Positions 9,686 to 18,358 of a stretch of 64,000 bases of DNA are shown here, one piece after another. This DNA is from Gammaproteobacteria bacterium (GTDB lineage: Bacteria; Pseudomonadota; Gammaproteobacteria; JAJDOJ01), in the NCBI GenBank assembly GCA_022340215.1, contig JAJDOJ010000164.1:290-64289 (forward strand). Reading direction: 5' to 3'. The notes under the pieces are model-generated. The model was not told the origin of the DNA. It made no database searches and saw only the letters and a list, made by a program, of their open reading frames with translations. Both the position numbers and the translations under genes were made by a program. Within the stretch, counting starts at the first letter, position 1; each line of letters opens with the position of its first letter.

Positions 9686-10261
9686 TCAATCCCCGTGAAT
9701 CGTGATCCGGTAACGCCGGATGTCTCCGTTGGTGCGCACGATATCTCCAGATCGCAGGGAGAAATCGCCCGTTCGCCTGTCGCGGTAGTACAGTGCCAGG
9801 GTTTCCCGGATTACCGGGAAGGCGATCTTGTCCCAGGGGATGACCTCCTCCTCGAACAGTCTCACGTCCAGACTCTCTGCACCCGGACCGAACTCCAGAT
9901 CCTGCAGCGCGCCCCGGAAGATCAGATACACCTGGTTGATGTGCGGTAGATTGAAAATCGTGTACAGCCCTTTGAGCGTCACGTGCGCATTCGCCTCTTC
10001 TACGGTCTCGCGACAGGCGGCCTGCAGGGTTGTCTCGCCGTTCTCCATGAATCCCGCGGGCAAGGTCCACAGACCGTAGCGCGGCTCGATGGCGCGCCGG
10101 CACAGAAGAATCTTATCTTCCCACTCGGGGAGACAACCGGCCACGATCCGGGGATTCTGATAGTGGATGGCCCCGCATGCGCTACAGACGTGACGGGGTC
10201 GGTTGTCACCCTCTGGAACGATGAATTCGACTTCCGATGCGCAATTACTGCAGTACTTCAT
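9686..10261 (-). CDS. NUDIX hydrolase with an N-terminal zinc-ribbon
   Basis: Nudix box GFMENGETTLQAACRETVEEANA. Zn-ribbon CSNCAS...CSACG. The ORF extends to 10306, but MKYC at 10261 is the probable start. Confidence 0.7.
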   Translation of the reverse strand: MKYCSNCASEVEFIVPEGDNRPRHVCSACGAIHYQNPRIVAGCLPEWEDKILLCRRAIEPRYGLWTLPAGFMENGETTLQAACRETVEEANAHVTLKGLYTIFNLPHINQVYLIFRGALQDLEFGPGAESLDVRLFEEEVIPWDKIAFPVIRETLALYYRDRRTGDFSLRSGDIVRTNGDIRRYRITIHGD

Positions 10262-10509
10262 CGATGAGTCCATTGTGAAAATCGCGATTCTGGAATTTCT
10301 ACCCATTGGACCGACGCGTTACCGGCGGGTTCTCGAGGCCTGTTGCATATGGACAACAAGAGCCGAATCTGCGACGGGTTCGAGCGCAGGAACCGATCTC
10401 GACAACTCTGGAATAGACCCGGAGTCACACGCTAAAGCATAATGCCGCGCAGTCAACAACGAACACCCGCCGGGTAGTCATCCGACAAATTCACCGCTGG
10501 AGTTACGCC

Positions 10510-12108
10510 ATGCCGAAATTACCCGTACATTCGTTGCATCACGATTTCTACCTTGTCCTGTTTCTGCTCCTGATCAGCCAGGGAGTCTCTGCAGCAACCG
10601 GTAAACCCAATATCCTTGTCATCTTCGGTGATGATATCGGGATGTACAACATCGGCGCCTACCACCGGGGATTGCTCGGCGGAAAGACACCTAATCTCGA
10701 CCGCATCGCGGGGGAGGGCGCGATGTTCACGGACTACTACGCCCAGCAAAGTTGTACGGCAGGGCGAGCCGCGTTCATCACGGGTCAGCACCCCTACCGC
10801 ACCGGCATGCTGACCATCGGGATGCCGGGTGACACGCAGGGGATCCAGGCTAAGGACCCCACCATCGCCGACCTGCTGAAACCTCTCGGCTACAACACCG
10901 GACAGTTCGGCAAGAACCACCTGGGCGACCGCAACGAGTTCCTGCCCACGGTACACGGCTTCGACGAGTTCTACGGAAACCTCTACCACCTCAACGCCGA
11001 GGAGGAACCTGAAACCTATTTCTATCCGACCAACCCGGAGTTTCACAAGAAATTCGGCCCGCGCGGCGTACTCAAATGCGTATCTTCCACCAAGGTTGAC
11101 GACAGTGAAGATCCGCGTTTCGGCAAGGTCGGAGCACAGCAATGCGAGGACACCGGACCGCTATCCCGGGAACGCATGACGACCGTGGACGACGAGTTCA
11201 TGAAATCCGCGCTGGATTTCATCGACAGGTCCCATCGGGACGGCAAACCCTTTTTCGTATGGTTTAACTCCACCCGAACTCATGTCTGGACCCATCTCAA
11301 AGAGGATAGCGTGGGCAAGTCAGGCTACGGCCTCTACGCCGACGCGATGCTGGAGCACGACAAGCAGGTAGGTACCCTGCTCGACAAGCTCGACCAGCTC
11401 GGGATCGCGGACAACACCATCGTGGTCTACTCCAGCGACAACGGTGCGGAGGTGTTCACCTTCCCGGACGGTGGTTCGATCCCCTTCAAGGGAGAGAAAG
11501 GCACGACCTGGGAGGGCGGTATGCGCGTGCCCACGCTCGTTCGCTGGCCGGGGGTGGTGGAACCGGGCCGCGTGATCAACGACATCTTCAGCCACGAGGA
11601 CTGGCTTCCCACCCTGCTGGCTGCCGCCGGCGTTCCCGACGTGAAACAGCAGCTGTTGAAGGGCTATGAGGCGGGTGACAAGACCTTCAAGGTCCATCTC
11701 GACGGTTACAACCAGACCGGATTGCTGAGCGGCAAGGACGAAGGCGCCCGCAAGGAGATCTTCTACTTCGACGCCGGCGGACACATGAACGCGATCCGCT
11801 ACAAAGACTGGAAGATCAGCTTCACGATCATGGAGGGCTCCATCAACGAGGCCTATCGAAAGACGCCGAGCTGGCCGATCGTCACCAACCTGCGAATCGA
11901 CCCGTGGGAACGGGCGCCGTTCGAAGGCAGCGGCTACATTCGCTGGTATGCAGACCAGATGTGGATGTTCGTCCCCGCTCAGGCCGCGGCAACGAAGTTC
12001 CTGTCGACCTTCAAGGACTATCCGCAGAGCCAGAAGGTGGGATCTCTCAGTATCGACAACGCAATCGAGATGCTGGAGAACGCGCAGTCCAGCGCCGTGA
12101 GACAATAG
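10510..12108 (+). CDS. Arylsulfatase (type I sulfatase) with a signal peptide and a non-canonical C-T-A-G-R formylglycine motif
   Basis: 532 aa. Signal peptide present. Motif SCTAGRAAFITGQ is followed by the sulfatase metal/active-site regions (GKNHLGD, SDNG). Confidence 0.8.
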   Translation: MPKLPVHSLHHDFYLVLFLLLISQGVSAATGKPNILVIFGDDIGMYNIGAYHRGLLGGKTPNLDRIAGEGAMFTDYYAQQSCTAGRAAFITGQHPYRTGMLTIGMPGDTQGIQAKDPTIADLLKPLGYNTGQFGKNHLGDRNEFLPTVHGFDEFYGNLYHLNAEEEPETYFYPTNPEFHKKFGPRGVLKCVSSTKVDDSEDPRFGKVGAQQCEDTGPLSRERMTTVDDEFMKSALDFIDRSHRDGKPFFVWFNSTRTHVWTHLKEDSVGKSGYGLYADAMLEHDKQVGTLLDKLDQLGIADNTIVVYSSDNGAEVFTFPDGGSIPFKGEKGTTWEGGMRVPTLVRWPGVVEPGRVINDIFSHEDWLPTLLAAAGVPDVKQQLLKGYEAGDKTFKVHLDGYNQTGLLSGKDEGARKEIFYFDAGGHMNAIRYKDWKISFTIMEGSINEAYRKTPSWPIVTNLRIDPWERAPFEGSGYIRWYADQMWMFVPAQAAATKFLSTFKDYPQSQKVGSLSIDNAIEMLENAQSSAVRQ

Positions 12109-12154
12109 CCGTTACCAAACGGATCGGAAGGACCACGCGCGGCCCTCCCGATCC
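12108..12154 (+). terminator. Putative hairpin terminator after the arylsulfatase gene
   Basis: Imperfect inverted repeat cggatcggaagg...ccctcccgatccg directly after the stop. No clear T-tract. Confidence 0.25.
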
Positions 12155-12249
12155 GCTGCCGGCTCCGGACACGGCCTGCTATCATCCTGGCTGCGGAGTC
12201 GACACACTCGTTCCCCGGGGCCGAAACCGATAGCACGCCGCGCGCTCGG

Positions 12250-12824
12250 TCCGCGGGGCGTCATCCGTTCCACTGCCGGCGGCGAGATCGAGGACACGGG
12301 TCAGCTTACGAAGAAGCGCATGGAGACCGTCGACGACGAGACCTCGGACGCCGCCATCGACTTCATCGAGCGGCAGCACAATGTCGGCAGGTCCTGGTTC
12401 GTCTGGTGGAACGGGACCCGCATGCACTTCCGCACCCATGGTAGGCGATTTCTGCCAGAGGAAGGAAATCTTCTACTTCTCCGACGACGTTGACCTGACG
12501 GCCCTGCGTTACGAGGACTGGAAGGTCATCTTCATGGCGCAGAAGACCCCGGGGACCTTCCGGGTGTGGATGGAGCCCTTCACGCCGCTGCGCGTGCCGC
12601 TGATCGAGAACCTGCGCCGCGACCCCTACGAGCGCGCCACCATCACCTCGAACACCGACTACGACTGGCTGCTGGACCGGACGTACGTGCTGGTGCCCGC
12701 GCAGGCCTACCTGGGGCAGTTCCTGGAAACCTTCAGGGAATACCCGCCGCGCCAGAAGGCCGCCAGCTTCAGTCTGGACCAGGTGATGGAAAAACTGTCG
12801 GAAGGTCCCGGGGCGAGTCACTGA
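12250..12824 (+). pseudogene. Decayed arylsulfatase paralog (internally deleted and frameshifted, N-terminal catalytic half missing)
   Basis: One frame encodes EDTGQLTKKRMETVDDETSDAAIDFIERQHNVGRSWFVWWNGTRMHFRTH, aligning with residues around 215-265 of the upstream sulfatase. It then runs into a stop. A second frame (12381..12824) encodes KEIFYFSDDV...RYEDWKVIF...YVLVPAQAYLGQFLETFREYPPRQKAASFSLDQVMEKL, aligning with the C-terminal 130 aa of the intact sulfatase. Confidence 0.75.
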
Positions 12825-12903
12825 AACCCCGTAATCGCGCTTCCGCTCCTTACCCCGGACGCGCGCATCGCTCGTTTGCGAAGAGAAGACCCTCCGCTTC
12901 GCA

Positions 12904-12937
12904 GAGCCCGGTTGGCGACGAAACGACAACCGGGCTC
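12904..12937. terminator. Strong GC hairpin (11-bp perfect stem) downstream of the sulfatase pseudogene
   Basis: gagcccggttg-gcgacgaaacga-caaccgggctc. Confidence 0.3.
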
Positions 12938-13042
12938 TCAATCGCGGTGAGATTTTCTGGGGAAACCGTAGGGGCTGACGCCGGAGAACGACATCTGGCC
13001 GGGGTTGGAAACCTTGCCCGTGCGTAGATTGGAAGAATCGAG

Positions 13043-13073
13043 CCCACCCGCCCGTGTTTCTCGGGCGGGTGGT
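13043..13073 (-). terminator. Hairpin immediately downstream of the candidate 24-aa ORF
   Basis: cccacccgcccg-tgtttct-cgggcgggtgg (11/12-bp stem), 20 nt after the stop of the small ORF on the minus strand. Confidence 0.3.
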
Positions 13074-13093
13074 GTGTTACGGCGATTCAAGGC

Positions 13094-13168
13094 TCAGCGC
13101 CAGAGGATCCAGCCCAGGGTCAGGACCGGAATCAGCCAGAGCATGCCCAGTACGATCAGGGTGTCCAT
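13094..13168 (-). CDS. Candidate 24-aa single-helix membrane micro-protein
   Basis: ATG at 13168 is preceded by GAGGAG at a 6-nt spacing. It encodes MDTLIVLGMLWLIPVLTLGWILWR, one hydrophobic helix ending in R. A stable hairpin lies just downstream. The annotated 75-aa ORF in this frame is GC-rich upstream noise. Confidence 0.35.
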   Translation of the reverse strand: MDTLIVLGMLWLIPVLTLGWILWR

Positions 13169-13453
13169 CGGATCTCCTCGTATTGATCTGCGTTTTCCCG
13201 GATTCCAATGTAGGGAATGATTCCCTTGGATTCGTCGATGTCCCTCACACTCTGGGATACAGAATCGACGGCGGGCGACGAAACCTTGACGGCAGCCGCA
13301 CGTCACCGGATGCGAGACCACAAGGAGCCATCAAGGAACCCTGAACATATGCGCGGGACGGACACGCCGCGATGCGTTCAGAACGGGCGATGCAGCAGGC
13401 ATTTGTTCAGGATTCTCGGACCATACGTCGCTCCGGCACCGCTGAATCACGGA

Positions 13454-13705
13454 TCAGGCCAGTCGGCTGATATGGGCCTCGTAACGTGACAGTTCGTCCG
13501 GGTCGTTGATGTCGTAGATCGTGCGCTGCTCGCGCACCCTGGAATCGGGATAGAAGTGGCACATCCTGCGTTGCGCCTGTTCGGCATCGCCGAGACTGGA
13601 GAACTCGTCCGGGACCAGCTTGTAGATCATCGACTCGAGCACATCCACGATGAAATAGGACTTGACGGTCTTCAGCATTGCCTTCTCCTCCTGAGAATCA
13701 CTCAC
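13454..13705 (-). CDS. Hypothetical small acidic protein (83 aa)
   Basis: Clean ORF with coding-like composition. No recognizable motif. Confidence 0.45.
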   Translation of the reverse strand: MSDSQEEKAMLKTVKSYFIVDVLESMIYKLVPDEFSSLGDAEQAQRRMCHFYPDSRVREQRTIYDINDPDELSRYEAHISRLA

Positions 13706-13901
13706 TTCCCTTGACGCGAAAGCATCAGCGGCTTTCTTGCTGAATGGTATTAGCGGAATCCAGGCGGGATTGGGATGAATGACATCACAATTTCACCACC
13801 GCCACCCCTTCGGTCACGATAGGCCGTGAACGCCGTAACAGCCCTGCAGGGCTGGTTCTTATGCGCTCGATTGCGGACGTTTTTTCGCGCACCGACCATT
13901 C

Positions 13902-14429
13902 GTGGACTCCACAGTAATGTCGAAATCGACGCCGGATTCAGTGGCGCGCAATCGTAGCGGGACGAAACGAAAGGATTCGGACGATGAAGTCCATTCTGAC
14001 GCGGAGTGGGTGCAGAGCGATGTGCACGGGGAAAATGGCGGACCGGGCATCCGCCGCATCACCAAATCCAGCGATGGCTGGCAGATCATGGCCTCCGCTA
14101 AACCGACGCGGCGGTTACTCTTGAGATGCCACGAAGAACTCCTGGAACTGACGAAAACCGCAGCACCGATCGTAGTGGGCCGACAACTTGACTGCGATGT
14201 GGTTCTCGACGACTTGAATGTCTCCCGATCTCACGCCCGATTCGAGTATTGCAACGGCCGGTGTATGCTAACCGATCAGAGTCTCAACGGAACGTACGTC
14301 GATACGGACTTCGACGGCAGGGTCCACCTCGTGCAGTCGCGGATGTTCCTCTATGGCTACGGAATCGTCAGCCTGGGAAAACCGGTGCGCGCCGGCGACA
14401 GGATGCTGCTGCACTACTTCTGTAGCTGA
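13902..14429 (+). CDS. FHA-domain protein
   Basis: FHA signature GRQLDCDVVLDDLNVSRSHARFEY...LTDQSLNGTYVD. The N-terminal 70 aa are polar and disordered. The start may be an internal Met. Confidence 0.65.
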   Translation: MDSTVMSKSTPDSVARNRSGTKRKDSDDEVHSDAEWVQSDVHGENGGPGIRRITKSSDGWQIMASAKPTRRLLLRCHEELLELTKTAAPIVVGRQLDCDVVLDDLNVSRSHARFEYCNGRCMLTDQSLNGTYVDTDFDGRVHLVQSRMFLYGYGIVSLGKPVRAGDRMLLHYFCS

Positions 14430-14437
14430 CCCCTCCA

Positions 14438-15619
14438 TTATCCGCCACTGCGTATCATCTTGCGTATGCCGCGCACCGCCTGGCGGGTACGATGCTCGTT
14501 CTCGATCAGCCCGAAACGCACGTGGTCGTCTCCATACTGCCCGAAGCCAACTCCCGGGGACACGGCCACCTTTGCCTCGTTGAGCACCTTCTTAGAGAAC
14601 TCCAGCGAACCCATGTCCCGGTACGGTTCGGGGATCGGCGCCCAGACGAACATCGTCGCCTTCGGTCGCTCTACCGGCCAGCCGGCATTGTTGAGACCAT
14701 CGCACAGGACGTTGCGGCGCTCGCGATAGGTGCGCCGCACCTCATCAACGCAGTCCTGAGGGCCTTCCAGCGCGGAAATGGCGGCGACCTGGATCGGCGT
14801 GAACATTCCGTAGTCGAGATAGGACTTTATGCGTGCCAGCGCAGCGACCAACGTCTTGCAGCCGCACATGAAACCGACCCGCCAGCCCGGCATGTTGTAG
14901 CTCTTGGATAGCGAGTAGAACTCCACCGCAATATCGCGGGCCCCCGGCACCTGTAGAATCGAGGGGGCCCGGTATCCGTCGAAGACGATCTCGGCGTAGG
15001 CGATATCGTGAACCACCCAGATCTTGTGTTCGCGCGCGATCTCGACCACCCGCTCGAAAAACGCCAGGTCCACGCACTGCGTGGTCGGGTTGCTCGGGAA
15101 GTTCAGGATCAGCATCTTCGGCTTGGGCCAGGCGTCCTTGAGTGCCTTTTCCAGTTCCTCGTAGAAATCCGTCCCCTTCGTCATCGCGACGTAGATCACC
15201 TCGGCCCCGGCGATCACGCAACCATAGGGATGAATGGGATAGGCGGGATTGGGCACCACGACCGCGTCCCCCGGACCTAGCGTCGCCAGTGTCAGGTGCG
15301 CCAGGCCCTCCTTCGACCCGATTGTCACGATGGCCTCGGTCTCCGGATCCAGTTCGACACCAAAACTGCGCTCATACCAACCCGTAACCGCCTTACGCAG
15401 CCGCGGAATCCCGCGAGACATGGAGTATCGGTGCGTATCCTTGCGTCTCGCCGCCTCCACGAGCTTCTCCACGATGTGTGACGGCGTGGGTTGGTCCGGA
15501 TTGCCCATACCGAAGTCGATGATGTCTTCGCCCCGCGCTCGCGCCGCCGCCTTCAACTCGTTGACGATATTGAACACATAGGGGGGAAGACGTTTTATTC
15601 TGGGAAAATCCTCGATCAA
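14438..15619 (-). CDS. PLP-dependent class I/II aminotransferase (AlaA/AlaC-like)
   Basis: 393 aa. Contains [15 protein letters not shown] (PLP-lysine region) and has overall AlaA/AlaC-type architecture. Confidence 0.8.
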   Translation of the reverse strand: MIEDFPRIKRLPPYVFNIVNELKAAARARGEDIIDFGMGNPDQPTPSHIVEKLVEAARRKDTHRYSMSRGIPRLRKAVTGWYERSFGVELDPETEAIVTIGSKEGLAHLTLATLGPGDAVVVPNPAYPIHPYGCVIAGAEVIYVAMTKGTDFYEELEKALKDAWPKPKMLILNFPSNPTTQCVDLAFFERVVEIAREHKIWVVHDIAYAEIVFDGYRAPSILQVPGARDIAVEFYSLSKSYNMPGWRVGFMCGCKTLVAALARIKSYLDYGMFTPIQVAAISALEGPQDCVDEVRRTYRERRNVLCDGLNNAGWPVERPKATMFVWAPIPEPYRDMGSLEFSKKVLNEAKVAVSPGVGFGQYGDDHVRFGLIENEHRTRQAVRGIRKMIRSGG

Positions 15620-15798
15620 GGCGGCCTCTGGTTTCTGCGCGCCGGCGTCCCGGCAAAAGCCGTCAGTTTACACGAACCGTGTGTTCGGTTGAGCCCGTGG
15701 CGTCGGTAAATCCCGCTCGAAACTGCGCATGGTCGCAGCCCGGACCCTCGCGCCCGGATCGCTATAATGGTGTGCACCGAGCGAGCCCCGGAGCCCTT

Positions 15799-16185
15799 AT
15801 GCAGATCACCCTCGAGTCCGACGAGCGTCGTAATCTCATTCAGCGCTACGACACCGCGTCGGTGCAGATCAACGAGGTCGTTTACACCGCCAGCCTCCTC
15901 GTAACACCCGACGACCTGCAATCTGACTGGTCTGTGACCTCCATCGACGATCTCGCCGAAAGCCATGTCGATGCGATCGCCAGTCTGGCACCCGACCTAG
16001 TCATCGTAGGGACGGGGACGACGTTGCGGTTTCCGCGTCCGTTGATTCATGCGGGTTTCGCCGGTCGCGGGATCGGAGTTGAGTTCATGGACAATGCCGC
16101 GGCCTGCCGCACCTACAATGTGGTTGCGGCCGAGGGACGGCGGGTCGTGTGCGCCCTGATCATGCCGCCATCCCGAACGGATTGA
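15799..16185 (+). CDS. Mth938-like (DUF498) domain protein
   Basis: MQITLESDERRNLIQRYDTASVQINEV...DLVIVGTGTTLRFP...GIGVEFMDNAAACRTYNVVAAEGRRVVCALI is characteristic of the Mth938/DUF498 family. The ORF extends to 15679, but the family starts at MQI. Confidence 0.6.
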   Translation: MQITLESDERRNLIQRYDTASVQINEVVYTASLLVTPDDLQSDWSVTSIDDLAESHVDAIASLAPDLVIVGTGTTLRFPRPLIHAGFAGRGIGVEFMDNAAACRTYNVVAAEGRRVVCALIMPPSRTD

Positions 16186-16465
16186 ACCGGGCCGAGATCC
16201 GACTGCGGATACGTCCGGGGATTCAATGCCCGTCTGCCGCATGGTTCCGCGCACACGCCGAGAACCCGTGTGATCTATCATCCTGTATGGGCCCACGGCA
16301 TCGAAATCTCCATACACAGTGAAGGGACGGCGTCACCGATGGTCGGCTGATCTCAACCGTCTGATCCGGCGGGATGACCATGCCAGCGGGTTCACGCTAT
16401 GGGCATGACGTACCGGCCGAAGGGGTCACCGGCAGGAAACGCTTTTATCAGCGACACGTAGGACA

Positions 16466-18274
16466 TTGAGCCCCCAACCACTTGCGCATGCCCCGAATAC
16501 GGACCAGAACCGGCAAACCGAAGCTCCAGCGACCGTGAATCCAGAATCCTTTAGACTGCCACTCGCCTACTACCGTTCTCAGACACGCTATCCGCAGCTG
16601 TCCGATGCGGACTGGCCCCTGCCCGAACAGCTCGGTGAGGTCATCGAGGCCCTCGGCGGTGGTCAACAGGACCCACGCTTTGACACCGCCGCCCGTGCAC
16701 TGGATGTCACCCCCGAGGAACTCCGCGAGGCATCCCGGTTCTTCGTGAGACAGGTCCTGTTCGCACCGAAAGGGGACTTCTATCGCGTCCTCGGTGTGGA
16801 CCCCAGCGCCGGGGCTGAACAGATCAAGCAGCACCATCGCCTGCTGATGCGAATCTTCCAACCGGACCGCCGACACGCGCACGAGTGGGAAAGACACTTC
16901 GCCAATAGGATCCACGAGGCCTGGACGACCTTACGAGACCCAAAAATGCGACGGTCCTACGACCGCAAACTCGGACCCCGACGGATCCGGCCTCACACGG
17001 CCAATGCGCAGGCAGAGGCGGCACGAACACGAGCCAGGGACTTCGGACAGCCCAGGGATTCCCATGACCATTCGCCGAAGCCTGGCGAGATCCTCTACCG
17101 TAGCCGACTGTGGATCCGCAAACCCTCCGCGATCATCTGGAGCGCTATTCTCCTGATCGCGGTGAGCGCCGCCGGCCTTGCAATCTTTACATCACGCCAA
17201 GGCGTCCTCTCCTGGCAGGCTGGCGACCAACAGCCGGTATCCGCCAACCTCGCAGGAGTCGGATCCACTCCACCGACCGCGACCGGCGCGATCGATCTGG
17301 CGCAACGGCAGGACGATCTCGACGAGACGGGTCCCGACGCCGTCGCCACGGAGCCCACCCCGAAACTGTTGAAGTCCTCACCAGCCGGAAGCGTCAAGGC
17401 TGGTCTGGAAACGGACGACAGCCAACCCGCAGAACTCGCAACAATCCGACACGATGAAGAACAAGAGACGGTCGTTCCCGACCAGACAAGAGAAGCCACT
17501 CCGGATAGGATCGATATCGGGATCGACCGGATGATTGCCAGGGTGGAATCGCCGGTAGTGCCAGCGGAAACTCCGCCGTACCGGACCAACGTGGAATCGC
17601 CCGCAACGCCCGCGGAAGTCCGGCCACCCGAGGTCGCGTCCGATTCCCCCGCCCGGGAGGCGACACCACCCTCCCCCGCACAGCCGTCCAAGGCATCCGC
17701 AGCCGCGGTTACGCAATCGAGCGCACAGCCGTCGGCGACAGCCATGTTGAAACCCTCCCCGGCGCCTGCCGAGGCGGATGGAGACACCGAACAGACGATC
17801 TCCCGTTCACCGGCTACCCAGGCAGGGCGTCCGGAACAAACGGCCGGTGGCGCTGCGGCCCTTTCCACGACCAGCACGCTAGCCGACGACTATGGCGATA
17901 TCTCAAAGCTGGAACTCAACATGCTGCTGGCCCGCTTCCTTGCGGCCTACGAAAACGGAGATCTGAAACGGTTCACGCGAGTCTTCTCCCGCGATGTTAG
18001 CCTGAACGATGGCGAGGGCTACCGTGCACTGCTCAAGGCATACAAATCGCTGTTCAGAAATACCGAGGCCCGACGGATGGTGCTCAACGACATCAGCTGG
18101 ATTCCTCTCGACGATACCCATCTGAAGGGCTGGGCGCGGACCGATATCGAACTCTGGCCCACCGGTCAGGAGGGTTCCGAACTGTTCACCGGAAATATCG
18201 TCCTGGTGGTGGAAAAAAAGAGCGACAAGCTGCAAATCACACGATTCGACCACCACATGACATCGCAGCCATAG
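16466..18274 (+). CDS. Membrane-anchored J-like domain protein (QPD in place of HPD) with a Pro/Ala/Ser-rich linker and a C-terminal NTF2/SnoaL-like domain
   Basis: J-domain-like region DFYRVLGVDPSAGAEQIKQHHRLLMRIFQPDRRH...AWTTLRDPKMRRSYDRKL. TM helix IIWSAILLIAVSAAGLAIF. About 200 aa of low-complexity sequence. C-terminal LELNMLLARFLAAYENGDLKRFTRVFSRDVSLND...IVLVVEKKSDKLQITRF resembles the NTF2-like fold. Confidence 0.6.
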   Translation: MSPQPLAHAPNTDQNRQTEAPATVNPESFRLPLAYYRSQTRYPQLSDADWPLPEQLGEVIEALGGGQQDPRFDTAARALDVTPEELREASRFFVRQVLFAPKGDFYRVLGVDPSAGAEQIKQHHRLLMRIFQPDRRHAHEWERHFANRIHEAWTTLRDPKMRRSYDRKLGPRRIRPHTANAQAEAARTRARDFGQPRDSHDHSPKPGEILYRSRLWIRKPSAIIWSAILLIAVSAAGLAIFTSRQGVLSWQAGDQQPVSANLAGVGSTPPTATGAIDLAQRQDDLDETGPDAVATEPTPKLLKSSPAGSVKAGLETDDSQPAELATIRHDEEQETVVPDQTREATPDRIDIGIDRMIARVESPVVPAETPPYRTNVESPATPAEVRPPEVASDSPAREATPPSPAQPSKASAAAVTQSSAQPSATAMLKPSPAPAEADGDTEQTISRSPATQAGRPEQTAGGAAALSTTSTLADDYGDISKLELNMLLARFLAAYENGDLKRFTRVFSRDVSLNDGEGYRALLKAYKSLFRNTEARRMVLNDISWIPLDDTHLKGWARTDIELWPTGQEGSELFTGNIVLVVEKKSDKLQITRFDHHMTSQP

Positions 18275-18358
18275 TTTCAGGTACGAACCATCGAGCCACG
18301 TGGGACCCGGCACGGGAGCACACAGCATTCTGGGCCGAATCTGTAGCACGGCTGCGCG

